From Takakia lepidozioides (taxonomy: Eukaryota > Plantae > Bryophyta): a stretch of 64,000 nucleotides of DNA. The notes beneath the pieces were generated by a model. It was not told the origin of the DNA. It did no database searches and worked only from the letters and a program-made list of their open reading frames with translations. Of the stretch, positions 51,284 to 64,000 are shown piece by piece. The stretch covers positions 1 through 64,000 of the forward strand of contig JAKLZA010000030.1 of assembly GCA_030704615.1 (NCBI GenBank), read 5' to 3'. How positions within the stretch are numbered: the stretch's first letter is position 1; every line of letters begins with the position of its first letter. The translations under genes were made by a program, and so were the position numbers.

Positions 51284-54200
51284 ATGAAAGCGGAAGTTTA
51301 TATGGTGGTTGTGGAAGGAGATGCAGTGGTACATTACAATGGGGAATTCCAGGCCTGGTTGCCACTTCTCATCTCTTCACACAAGAAGGGAGGTCTCACC
51401 ATCACAAGTATGAATTTCGCTTTCCAGCGTAGATTTCGTGGGTTCGATGTAGCCATGTCTGTGTCCTGTGGGTATGTCCTTTCTAAATGAATCTTGTGAC
51501 GCTGGCTCCAAATGAGAATAGGTTCATATGTACAGTCTATAAACGTCTTACCTCCTCCCTCTCGTTGTGCTGAAGACCGTGAGGCATATGACACCTAAAC
51601 CTTGCAAAGCTGGAATGCTGTAGTGTTCGCATATTTGATTGAACCTCCGTACAATTGCTATGTGGTCCGAAGCTCGGAGAGAAGAGAAAATACCGAAGCA
51701 AAGAAGAACAAAAATTGTGCTGAAAGCCCCTAAGCCCTCCAGATTTAAGAACGGTTCTCTGTCTCCCTCAGGATGAATACCAGCATGTCATGTGGGATAT
51801 CTTGGGACCATGCAGATCGCCTCGGGCTCTTGTTGTCTCTGGAGTCTCTGTTGTAAGGCTGAGTTGTACCAGTATCGCATGGTGGTTTCAAATGTACGAG
51901 GGGAAGAGTAGTGTAGTATGAAGAAACGTGCTTCGTCTGTCTTCTCTTTTAAATTACATGTGATGTTGTACTTCGCAATGCACTATCTTTGCCTGAAGTG
52001 AGTATGGCTTTGGTTGCAGACCGCACAATCGGAAAGCAGTGGATGCATACAAAGTGCATTTGACGGAACAACACGAATCCTGCTGCAAAATTCCTTCCCT
52101 ACTGAACCCTACATGAAACTTTACAGCTACAACCATGTGCTCAACGGCTTTGCTGTGCACATGACACCTGAACAGGTACTTCTCCATCTTGTAGTGTCTA
52201 TGCGTCCTCCTTGGCTTAGCTGACCTCTTCTCTCGTTGTAAACGAATTTTCGGGTAACTGCGTTTAGGGAGTATTTATTGGTGTGCAGTGCTGAAAATGT
52301 GGATGGATCTGGACTTTTGATACCTGCGGATACTCTGTTGTAAGAAAATCTGAGGTCTTAAAAAGGCTTGCATAAGAGCATGCAACTAAGAGTGACATAG
52401 CTCTCTTTCTCCATTTTGCTTTTTGCATACCTGTCCCTCCTCCATTTGCCTCTTTTAGAGAATCACCCGCAACAACTGAGACCCATGTTTTGTGTGTAAA
52501 GGCAGACATGCTAGCAAAGTTACCTGGTGTAAAATGGGTCGAGAAGAACTCCAGAGTTAAAAAGGCTACCACCCACACACCCAGTTTCCTCGGACTACCC
52601 AATGGAGTTTGGTCTCGAGAAGGGGGACCTAGTGCTGCAGGGGAAGATGTAGTTATCGGCATAGTTGATACTGGGATTGATCCCAAGCATCCCAGCTTCT
52701 CGGCCACCGGACTGAAGCCTTTTGGTTCCATCCCCCGGTACACTGGAAAGTGCGAAGTTGCCAAGGATTTTCCTCTGGGTTCCTGTAATGGAAAGATCAT
52801 AGGGGCTCAGCACTTTGCAGCAGCTGCCACAGCAGAGGGGGCGTTCAATTCATCCCTTCACTTTGCATCCCCTCTTGATGGAGATGGCCATGGAAGGTTA
52901 GCTGGTTTTCTCCATAGACTGATTTTACTAAGCAAGCATGCAATTTGTCATCAATCATTAGTATATGCTCATGGTTAGATGAATTCAAGGGCTAGGGGTG
53001 TGAAGTGTAGGTGCTAATGTCGAACTTGGGTGTCACGCCCACTTAGCCAGCAAGGGTCTTCTTCAATTTTCAACGATGACCATCTTGCAGATGCTTTTGA
53101 TTTGTGAACTTGAACAGTGTCTTTGAGGAAAAATTATATTGCTGTAGGGAATCACCATATGCCAAACTTCAGAATGTTTCAGTAAAGAGAAACAGTGGAG
53201 AATCCTCACGAGTGGCTTGCTCAATTGTGGGGTTCTGCTGTAGAAACTCTTCTGAATATCACTACATGCCTGGTTTGCTTACTCCACACAGTATTGAAGA
53301 AGTATGTTTGGTATGCACAGCCACACGGCGTCAACTGCAGCTGGAAACCATGGAGTGCCAGTTATATTGAATGGCTACTGCTATGGCAATGCTAGTGGCA
53401 TGGCCCCTCGAGCCCGGTAAGCAGTTTTTGACAAATCCACACATCAAACTCTGGTTAGGCTCTTGTTTGATCAACATGCCATCAATTGACGTTTGTGAAT
53501 TACCTGTGACTTTTACTTTCATCTTTCTTTGAACTGCAGGTGCAGACCCTTATAAGAAGCTTCACTCTTCTACCCATTCAATGCATTCATTGATAGTAGA
53601 GACTTAGAGTGAAAACAAAAGCTACTAGAACATTGGGTCTTGAGGGATGGTCAGGGGAAGTCAGCCAAGGACCCTGGGGAATTGTTGCCTGGTTTGATTG
53701 ATTCTAGGTGCCTAAGGCAGTGTCTTCTTCCATTCTTCTGTGATGATTTCATACTCACTTTTGTGGAGGTTTCATCAAGTGCCTTCAGTACACCGAGCCC
53801 ATCATTAGTCAATTGAACAGCACGTACCGTACTTCAGAACTAATGTGTTGACAATTGTTTTGTGTAATTCCAGAATAGCAGTCTACAAGGCCCTTTACCG
53901 GCTTTTTGGGGCTTCATTGCAGATGTTGGCAGCAATCGACCAGGTCCCCCCTGAAAACTTTAAAAACTGCATCTTTTCATCCCTCCCTTTAAAGCAACAT
54001 TGTAAAGTTTCTTTCTTTATTACCAGCACCTCTTATGAGCTATGTGCTCAGTAACCAGGACTGGAGTCACCAGCAGAGTCCATAGCTACCTTACTGATGT
54101 TCCTTCTTTTGAATCTTAAGGTTTTGCTCATGGAGAACATAACAAGGTATGAGAGTTAACAAATATTCTCGGTTGTTGCCTTGCAAACAGGCGCTGTCGC

Positions 54201-56990
54201 GGATGGAGTGGACATACTTTCTCTCTCGCTAGGGCCAAATAGTCCACCCTCAAGCTCAAATTCAACTTTCTTAAATGTCTTTGATGTAGCTCTTCTCTCG
54301 GCTGTAAAGTCAGGTGTCTTGGTAGTTCAAGCTGCAGGGAATGGTGGACCATACCCAAGAAACAATACTATCTTTCAGCCCTTGGATTGTGTCAGTGGCT
54401 GCAGGAGTCGACGATCGATCGTATCCAAATTACATCAGCTTGGGAACAACGTGAGCTTGTCTGGGCTGGGTTTGGCACGTAAGTACTTGTATGCAAGTGT
54501 GCGTGAGAAAGAGAGGAGGTAGAGCAGGAGAAACTGAGACTCTCACATTGCTTGGTGCATGCAATATCTGGCATCTTTTCAGCTAGGACTTGCTGCAGGA
54601 CTGTGCGTGTCTGTCTGTGGGTAGGGAGAAAGCAACAAGGAGGGAGTACATAGTTTTCTCACAGATGCTTGTCTGTATGTCACAGCCCCTACACGCGGTC
54701 AGAGGCTTCACACATTGATCTTGGCAGATGATGCTGTTCAGAGCCAATCAAATCCCCTCTCTAGCCCAAGTGTGCCAAGAGCCCTCCATCTTCAACAGAG
54801 CATTGCTCCAAGGAAAAATTCTCTTGTGTACCTATTCCTTCAACTTTGTCTTTGGTGGGGCTTACAATGCAGCAAGTTGTGTCCACTGTTCGGAACTTGA
54901 GCGCAGCTGGATTTGTCATGGTGGTCCAATCAGATGTTGCAGGGAGCAAGTTTGATCCTATACCCATGGCAACGCCTGCAATTGTTGTTACCTCTGTCCA
55001 GGACTCACAGGTATAATCACTCCTCCCACCTCTGTTTCCATAGATCTTGAGCGTATGCGTGTCAATACATCTGGAGCAGATAAAAAATTACTCAACTGAT
55101 GGTTGTCCTGGTTTTCTCGAGAGACAGGCTTTACTTGATTATTACCACAATTTTACAAGAAGAAATGCAGCTGGGAAGGCTCTGCTCTTTAGGGCTCAAG
55201 CGAAGATTGGCAATGGGCAGAAGGCAATGTTCACTGGAGAACCCCAGCAAGTTGCCCTCTTTTCATCGAGGGGACCAGATATCCGGGACTTCAGTTTTCA
55301 GGGTGCTGACGTATTGAAACCTGACATCATGGCGCCTGGCTACCTGATCTGGGCTGCATGGAGCCCATTAGGCATTGATGAGCCTGAGTTTCAAGGTGGG
55401 TTTTCTCAACTGATCTTTTAAGGGGCCGTTCGAAGTTTTCACGTCATTGTGGTATAGAGATATAACACTTGCAGCAGCAAGGTGACAAAAGAAATAACAA
55501 AACAACTTTTATAATCCACAATAGCCCATGGGACATTTTAGAACAAACCAAGAAGTACTTAAGGATACCGAAAGACAGAGAGAGAATGACTGAGAATAAA
55601 AGAAGTCTATTACATCCACGGGAGGCCCAAAGGGCCAAAGGTTCACATTTAGAACAACCAAAAGAAACAAACAAGAATCCCAAACTGTTACATATTTCAG
55701 GAAGAGAGGTGTACTGACTATAATTAGCACTGTGGGTGCCTTAGGTTAGGAGAGCATAGAGGCTGATTGTGTGTATGGTTCCCATCAATTCATGGTGCTG
55801 GCCATTAGCCCTGGACCTTGGTCTGGCTGAGCAGCAAATGAGGGTGTAGAGAGATGATTGGGGATGCCAAGGTAGGTGGACCACAATATGGAGTGGACTT
55901 TTGCAGACAGCAAGCAGGGAGTCAAAAGTGTCCTAACGTGTGGGCACATGGGCAGTAAGAGTTTGCGATGGTCTCTGGAACTAGCATGGCAACACCCCAT
56001 GTGGCTGGCATTGCAGCCTTGCTTAAGGAAGCTCACCCAAGTTGGAGCCCAGCTGCCCTCTCTTCAGCTCTGATCACCACGGGTGACATTGCAGATCATC
56101 ATGGAGTATCTCTTCAAGCTCAGCAGGTCTCTGGGTTGGGAGCCCATACTGGGAGCTGCTACTTCATTTGATTTTTGGAGCGGAGCGGTGAATCCCACAG
56201 CTGCCCTTGATCCGGGACTCATCTTTGATGCAGGTTTGTAGTTTCTTCTCTTCTCTTTCTATGCTTCGATAGAGAACTTTTGGCCCAAAGTTCTGTTCAC
56301 TTCAGCTTCTAGTTATGTGAAATAACCATTTTCCGAGCTCTCACCCACGAGGCCTTTTAGAACTATCGAGCAGTAGTTTTTCTTGGCTCTGGTTTTGTTT
56401 CCTCTCTCATGTTTTATTCCATTTGTCCCATAAGCTCTTTGAGCTTTCTGCGGATATAAAGTACCATATCATTTCATTTCCCTTGCCTCCCTTAGTTGCC
56501 CTCAGGCCCCCTTTTATAGAGCAGCACAATCTGTTTGTTGATTGATGGATTTGAATCGCAATGTGTTGAACAGGCCATGATGATTACATAAGGTTCCTGT
56601 GCTCTGTACAAGGAGTGACTCCTCCTTATCGGTGTACAATACAACCGGTGGCACTGCTCGGGGGCTGTTGGAGCAAAAAAGATCTTAACTTGGCTTCCAT
56701 CACCATTACAAATCTCTCGGCACCCGAGTTGTTCCGAGGACAGTGACAAATGTTGCCAACAACATTGAAAACGTACCCTTGGACAAGTCCAGCGCAATGT
56801 CTCGTTGACCGTCAATCCTGTATCTTTTACAGTAGGTAGAATGCAATCACAGAGTTTTACAGTGATTTTGAGGGCTACCAGCACCACAGATGTCACGACA
56901 TTCGGAGAAATTGTGTTGAAGGGAAGCTCAGGACATAGTGTACGTGTCCCTGTCTCCGTGATGAGCAAGACAGTGACCTCCGCCAGTTAA
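51284..56990 (+). CDS. Subtilisin-like serine protease, SBT2 subfamily (SBT2.5/2.6-like), ~10 exons
   Basis: [11 protein letters not shown]; I9 [14 protein letters not shown]; catalytic D (GIVDTGIDP), H (DGDGHG.HT) and S ([13 protein letters not shown]); PA domain; Fn3 tail [12 protein letters not shown] introns. The true start may lie ~90 nt upstream. Confidence 0.92.
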
Positions 56991-59085
56991 TCTCTCATCC
57001 TAGGGCCCCCTTCTCACGATCTTACTCGTCTTAGCAGTAAAGATAGTCGCCTTGACCCCTTAAATCGGAGATGGTTATACTATCTAGGTCACCATAGTCC
57101 TAACAGTTTTGGCAGCTAGAAACATGAGGGAGACTGAATCCCGAGGGAAAAAAGTCTGGGTTATATGCCTAGTTGTGCAGAGGAAGAGAGTTGTGTAACA
57201 TAACCCCAAATCCTTTCATCCCTATGCCAGATCTCAGGAAAGGTGTGAAAATTTGGTGGAAAACCAACAGTGTAGTTTTTGCTTTGTATATTTCACACAA
57301 TGCAGCCTTGTATCATTTTTGTTCTCCAATCTGTCTCCACATGTATGTTTTGCGGAGTTTGCTGCCCAACCTTTGGTTGCATCTGTTTGAGGCCCCGATT
57401 CCAGTGTGCACCGAGCTTGAGCACGAGACAGCATTTCCCTCTTGGACAAGGTTGTAATTGTGATGTTTATAGTATGAGGTTCGCAGCTCTATCCACATCC
57501 TTTACATCAGATCGGATTTCAGGACACGGCCCAAGATGCCTATGCAACAAACATCAAATGTTCCAACCCAACGACAGTGGCCACAATTCGGTGCTCTATG
57601 TACAGCCGCTTTCTCAAATCTTCAACATTCCTTTCGTGAGATGTGAAAAGTGGCCCCCACTCCTCCAGATGCGTGGGGATGTGATGGGCCCAGTAGTGTG
57701 TGAGGGAAGTTACTGTTGTGATTATCCGCTCGGCTGCATTCACTTGTCAGCTGTACGCAACTTAGGGAGTCTGTTGATATAATTTAGCATTCTAGCAAGT
57801 AGCTACATGGTATAAGCGTCATTGTATATCCTCTAAAGCAAACAACATATTTGTATGAGTCGTTCGTTCCGAATTGAAGAAGATAACATCACAACTGCAA
57901 GCTTCGCAATGGAATGAGAATCCAGGGCACCCGCCCACTTTCGGGACATTTGCGCGTCATTGAAGATGTTGATAATGCAAGTGAAAGAAGAACTGGGATC
58001 ACGGAATTGACATCAAAGGCTGAAACTGGGAATCTGATTTAAGCCTCTGTAGTCCCTGTCTGTGCATGAAGATGACTGGGGACTGGCAACCTGTTCCTAT
58101 TGTGCATCCTGTCACACTAGTCGTACCACTAGTCTGCATAAGTCAGCCAGCAACGTTTAACTGCATGATTGCCCAAGTAACGACAATAAGATGCTCTGCG
58201 ACAACTCTGCGAGATGGAGGTTTCGATTTTGTGAAAGCTTGATTGTCTATTGAACAGATTCTTTTTATTGTGACGTGCCACAGGACGCTGTCCTCCAAAA
58301 GCATTGGACATGGAATTGAGAATGAATTTTATGTAACAGCTTGGGCTCTCCAAGCATGTAACTCGAGTGGACAGCAAGCACAATGGGGCTCAAAAAGAGG
58401 GGCCGAATCAAAGAAAAACATCTAGAACTCAGGTCCAATGTGGACTTAATCTGGCTTTTGCATACATGTGTGTAACATTTAGCTCCGATCTCAGCCGCGA
58501 CGAGGGATCCCCGTGCGCAGCAGGTGGATTGACTTCAATTTTCAAAGCCATCTCCATCTAGCTCCCTCTACGGTACAAACCGGCCATCTCGACTCCCTTC
58601 TTCCTCGGCCCTTCCGCTAACAGTGTGTAGCAACCTGATGGCGGCCTCATGTGAAGTCTGTGTTTGTGCACAATCAATGAGGAGTCGTAATTCTTGCATA
58701 TGTACCAGGCTCTGTCGACCTCTCTTATCCAATTGAATCCTCGTCTCTGCTCCAATCTGTCTAGGAAGTCTATGGGGCTCCGGATTTATGGGTAGCGCAA
58801 TATGGATGCCATGGTCTGCACCGTTCACAGGCTTTTGAAACAGAGAGAACCCAGAGCTCCGAAAGATCCATCTTTGTGATAGATCCGTCACAATGTGATA
58901 TTGAATCCTGCCGTGAATGAGTCTATCATGGATTATATGTGCCCTTCGTTGAAACAGATACAAGAGGATAGAGGGCAACTTATTTCCGAGGAAGGAGGCT
59001 AAATTGGATATCATGGTCAAGGGCATTTGCAAAAAGGCACAGAAGAGACAGACGACAAGATCTCTGGAGGTATGAATATTCACCT

Positions 59086-59725
59086 TCAAGCTATTTCAGT
59101 GCCCTTAATGCTTGCCATACTCGAAGTTCTCAGCAAGCTTTCAGTATTCGAGGAGGTAGCAGCGACTGCAAAGCCCACACCGTGCCGCGAAGTAGTGCCA
59201 AAAGCGCAGATCACAGACACTACCAAACCCACCAGCAATGGAACGGTTTCACAACCGAGCTAGGAAGCTGAGGATAGTAGCAGGTTGTAACTGGCGTGGT
59301 TAAAAGTGTGAGGGTTGCTAAGGCAACAACAGACAGAGTCGCGTTGATGAAGTCATCCCTATGAAGCAGGTATCTTTTTCCACCTCCTGTGTATGTCGAT
59401 TTAGTACAGCCCGTCAGACCTGACAGCTTGAAGTGGGGATTCCATAGACCCTTTCTCGTCACAAGGCCATAGTAGACAGTGCCGTTCTCTCCCTTGTAAC
59501 TGTCGGTAAAGGAAGAAAATGCACATAGGATGCCTAGTAGTGTCAGGGTGACGGCCGTTACGATCTTCTCTGTGGTTCCGCACGCGCCATTGTTTGTGGC
59601 CAACGGAGCCAGAACCTGGAACACAAGGAACGTCCCTGTGGTAGAATATTGGAGAGCTGCGTGAGGAGATCCGTCGATATTTTCGATAAGCTGGAGCTCG
59701 ATGTTGACGAGCTGGCTGTCGCCAT
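59086..59725 (-). CDS. DMP: DUF679 / DMP membrane protein, intronless
   Basis: LSNIL.TGTFLVFQVLAP..TNNG.C, FSSFTDSY, VYYGLVT.KGLW, DFINA.LS, CYYP, SRHGVGF. Confidence 0.9.
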
Positions 59726-62130
59726 GGTTCTTGTCTAGTGTTTTGCAGACCTTTTTAAACAAGCGAGTGATCAAGGAGGAGGAATGCAGATAGCTGATGA
59801 ACCTCGTTCCTGTTTGTGCGCGGATGGCTCGTGACAGAAATTTGATTCAGGGTTTAGGCAAGAAGGTTAGATGGTCTGAGAGCGAGAGAGAGGAAGAGAG
59901 AGGGGCCCGCTTGTGCTCAGAACATGAGAGAACAAAGCGAGAAAATAGACTTGATATTTAAAGGAGAGAAAAAGGGTCCAAAAGTCTAGAAGACTTATCA
60001 GACAGGCTGAGCGAGATCAGACCCAAGAGACGTAGAGTACTCACCTTGTGCGAAGACTAACTGTGATGCGTGATCGTAGTGGTTTCCTCAAAATCGGGTC
60101 TCCGACGCATGAGTGCAAGATTGCAGGAATTCTTTTGAGACGCTAGGACTGGTGGGTGGTCTGCGGACTATCGCGTTCGATCTCTCGACACACAAGCCTT
60201 TCTGACCTCACGTGCTGAAACTGGGGTTCACTTTTGACGAAGGGGAGAGAGAAGATTGGCGGTCTGCGGCGGCTCCTGCGTGAATTCGTGGAACTGAGTA
60301 ATTCTTTATCTCCTCCTCCTTCATAGGGACTCAGGTCCGACAAGGTGTGGTCCACTTGCTATTACATTCATGAATGAAATTATTGAGCACTGTTACTGCC
60401 GAATTCCACTGGGAAATTGGAATGCACAACTGGTGCTTCAACGCATCCAAGGACTTTGTTGAAAAGTTAACACAAGGATCCTGTTCTGGTCAGACAGGGA
60501 ACAATATATGACACTATCCATCCTCGGCCTACTCTACTTCCACCCTTGTATAATCAGGGAATCCTCAAACTGTATGTGATTAGCTATGAAAATCCTCGAT
60601 CAAACACTTGAAACTCGCTTTACTCAAGCTTAGTACCACCAACATGATTAACTAAGTGTATCAGGCTCAACTCCTCCTGGATCATTGCGAGCAAGTCAAG
60701 TTTGGATTCCCTTTCTCTAACCTGATCTTCCAATACAAATTCCATGGTGCTCAACTGGTCCCACTGAAGCCCTCGTGTGTCACATTAGTGGAGGAGTTGA
60801 GCAGTAAGCAAATCTGAACGACAAGAACATCAAAAAAAGAATGCGGAATGAATGCAAAGAGACGGAGTGATGCCACAGTCGAGGCTGCGCACACACGATA
60901 ACTCGGAAACAGACGTGTCTACAGTCTTTGCGTTGGATTCTCTCCCTTTGTTGCGCAAATACTTATTATACGCTGCAAAACCTTTATTGGTTTTGTAGAT
61001 GTGAATATTATTACTCTTAACCTTATTACAATATGTTTTAAAAAAAAGAAAAAAAAGGACACATATTCTGTATCTTTTTTACTGTTATTGATATATGCAT
61101 TGAATGTTTTTACACTACATGGTAATCCATGTGAGGTGTTTTCCTTTGTAATCTAGTCAGGGATTGCTGGACAGAACTTCCAAGTGGATTTCTGGAGATT
61201 CACAGTAGATTCAGAATATCTTCCTTGGAATTTTTGGCCTAGGTGATATTTTGGGACAGGCTGGAATCCCAGTTCGGTTACACTTTATGCAACTTAAATT
61301 TCAGATGTTTAGAGAGAGAGAGAAATGAAATGAAATGAAATGGTGCTTTATAACGTCCGTGGAAACCTCAAAGACAGAGCCCCCAACCGGTGTTAGCGTA
61401 AAGAAGAGCCTCTTTGCCTTGAGGTACAGCCCCCTTCGGGATTGGGCCCTAAGTATCCAATGCTTACAAATATAATGAGAGGTTTTGAGGTTTCAGTTTT
61501 GAGTCGGTGGCAACTTGGCAATTTCACGGGCGGAGGCAGAAGTTATCATAGTAGGTATTACTTACTCTTTTTCACGTGATAAACGTGGTAGGGGGGTTTC
61601 GCTCGTCAACGGAACCTCGCGTGTGAGAAAACCTTTGTTGCCGTGAAAGGGCCCGGATTTATACAGGAGTCAACTCTGAAATATGTGCAAACGATATGGA
61701 TATTTGTTTTGCACATCCAACACGTGCAACAAATGATACGTGTTGGGCAATCCATAAGGGTGTGGATAAGGCAGGCCTTGTGAAGAAAGATGAAGTGGAA
61801 AGTGCAGTGTGTCAAGTCACATTCCATCCCTCCTCACAATCACATAGGGTGGAGAGCCGAATAGTCCCGCAAATAGTAACTTAAGTATTGGAGTTATTTC
61901 CTAGGGTGAAAGGTGAAATGCTATATTATAGACTTTTCTGAAAGGGGTTCACCTTGTTTATGAGCTGCACTAATTAGCACATTGAATTGCTCTTTTAATA
62001 AAAAGTTACAACACTCTAAACATATTGAGAGATACATTGACAGTTGCAATCACACAAAATTCAATATAAACCACGCAAAATAGCCCTATTTATCGCACAA
62101 TCAGATTTGGACGTTGCGCAAGAAGCCTTA

Positions 62131-62872
62131 ACGTTACGACTGTTTTTTTTCCAATTTTTTTATTCTGGCAATTGGCAATTGGCTTTTGGAAATTTCCAAA
62201 TTGACGTGTTACATTGAAAATTGAAGTGGTACATAAAGTTTCTCACTGCACATGTTAATCATCAAACTACTCTAATGCTCAAAAATCTAGAATGCTCGTG
62301 CAAACCGTTCTGTCAACCTATTTTTCTCTTTCTTTGCTCGGAATGTTCTCAATTTATGTATTCTAAGAGCACGCTACTGTGCTCCGGATGGTCGATGGCC
62401 CCGATCGTGCTACATTTGTAGTTCCAAAGTTCCCTGTTCAATGAACTCTCTAAATTTCGTCCTCTCCACTTCTAATTCAAGTGCTTCTCGCTCACAAGCT
62501 TCTCTAACGTGTATTTGTTTTTGCAATTGAGCCGAGTTTGTTCTTTTTTTTTCAAAATTGCCTCACGTCGACATCTCTTCTTGAGTTTCTCTCTTTCTTT
62601 CAATTGTTGCACGTTATGGTATTCTTCCAAACGCTGCTTGAATGTCTCGCTCGTTAAGAGAGCTCCAGAGCTTGGGTCAAACGTGCTTTACAACGAGGTG
62701 TGGCTCCAGAGCTTCTCTTCTGCGTTGCGAATATTTTGGGGTGGATATGCATGCTCTGCATATGTACTTGCCAGCAATTTGTAATAGTGATTGATTTTTG
62801 TTTTTACGACAGCAATAGCTCGACTTCTCTCCAAACCTTCAAGGCCTGCTCGAAAGAGAACTTATGGATGTC
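62131..62872 (-). mobile_element. Possible pogo-like transposon 3' remnant, interrupted by the gypsy insertion
   Basis: Minus-strand basic coiled tail GALLTSETFKQRLEEY..KEREKLKKR. TA followed by ACGTTACGAC at 62129-62140. Confidence 0.35.
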
Positions 62873-64000
62873 TGTCGTACGCATACATATCGCTACACAA
62901 CTACATCGTTGTCCAAAACCACACAACACATGTGCACACCACACACTAGTATACCACTAGTCCAACCACTAGGCTACAACTAGTCAGTCACTAGGCTGCC
63001 ACTATGCTGCCCACTATGGCAGTCACTAGTCCACACAATGATGAAAGAATACAAGCACAAGCTCATGCGAGCTCACAAAGCTGAAGCATAAACTCATGCA
63101 TACATAACCTCATCACTCAAATACAAGTCAAGCCAAGTGTACCCCACGCCATGGGGAATCCACACTACGGCGCCATAGCTAGGCGCGGTGAGGCTCAACT
63201 CGAGAAAGATGAGCCTCATGCGCTTGCCGTGAAGATAACCACTCCAGGGCCTAAATCTGCCTTGACCCCTGGATTGACACTTGGGCCAATCCCAAATGTC
63301 AATATGTAAAACTAGCTATTTCCTAGCTAGTTTCACACTAGTAAAATAACTTGACAGCTGTCGTGCGCATACATATCGCTACACAACTACATCGCTGTCC
63401 AAAACCACACACACATGTGCACACCACACACTAGTACCACTAGTCCACCACTAGTCCAGCCACTAGTCCAACCACTAGGCTACAACTAGTCAGTCACTAG
63501 GCTGCCACTATGCTGCCCACTATGGCAGTCACTAGTCCACACAATCGCCCCCCTAGCTGTGCTTAGGTCCCTCTAAGTCCAGGTAGCCACAAGATGTGAT
63601 AGTGACCATAGCCTCACTAAGTCCTCCACCACTATCCCTACTACACTCAAACTCGATAGATCAAGAGGCCGGGTGCAAGAGTTGCCCCATCGTTAGTCGC
63701 CGTCTTGCAACCTGTGAACTTGAGCTTGGGATCTCATGTATTGACTCCCTATGAGCTTGGCCTCCCATGTCTTGTTAGCTGCCTCAAGTCATGTCCACTG
63801 CCACTATCCCAAGCAGTGTGGACACAACCAATCTCCGTCAGGAACCTTCTCAAGAGGTGGTGTCAAGCATCCCATATGCCAACCCCTTGAGCATCGATCA
63901 CACACCAGCATGGTGGCTGCCCCTTTGGCAGACCCACAGAGCATGCACACCTCAAACCTGCAGGTACCACTGCCAAGTTTGGGTCAACTCTGCCATCGAC
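62873..64000 (-). mobile_element. Second copy of the PHD-integrase gypsy family: 3' A-B-A LTR (62873-63543), PPT, 3'UTR, PHD
   Basis: Homologous to 3402-4360. PHD ..CGSAKGAATMLVCDRCSRGWHMGCLTPPLEKVPDGDWLCPHC. Direct repeats at 62873-63037 and 63359-63543. Confidence 0.9.

Noticed and set aside
57470-58760. Possible minus-strand exons (LRKRLYIEHRIV...) resembling a PLP-enzyme C-terminus
   Set aside because: No convincing motif set or exon chain could be assembled by eye.

Overview
This is eukaryotic nuclear DNA from a plant, most likely a non-seed land plant or other streptophyte (plastid-division MinE, SBT2-type subtilases, DMP gene, TTTAGGG telomere-type repeats). Bases 1-41.3k are a nest of transposable elements. 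They include a chromovirus-like Ty3/gypsy 5' end and a Ty3/gypsy whose pol carries a complete DNMT3-like C5 cytosine methyltransferase between protease and RT, a PHD finger at the integrase C-terminus, and an unusual A-B-A terminal repeat; a second copy of this element starts at the right window edge. There are also four pieces of a Tat/Ogre-like family with extra 5' and 3' ORFs, a Crinkler-like REase fragment, a pogo DNA transposon with TIRs and TSD, and a cluster of endonuclease-less Penelope-like retroelements with two hammerhead ribozymes and CCCTAAA junctions. Bases 41.3-62k are host-gene territory: two subtilase paralogues, MinE and DMP. Single-base indels break nearly every ORF, including conserved host genes, so many frameshifts are probably assembly errors. 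Domain calls are from motif recognition by eye and have not been database-verified.
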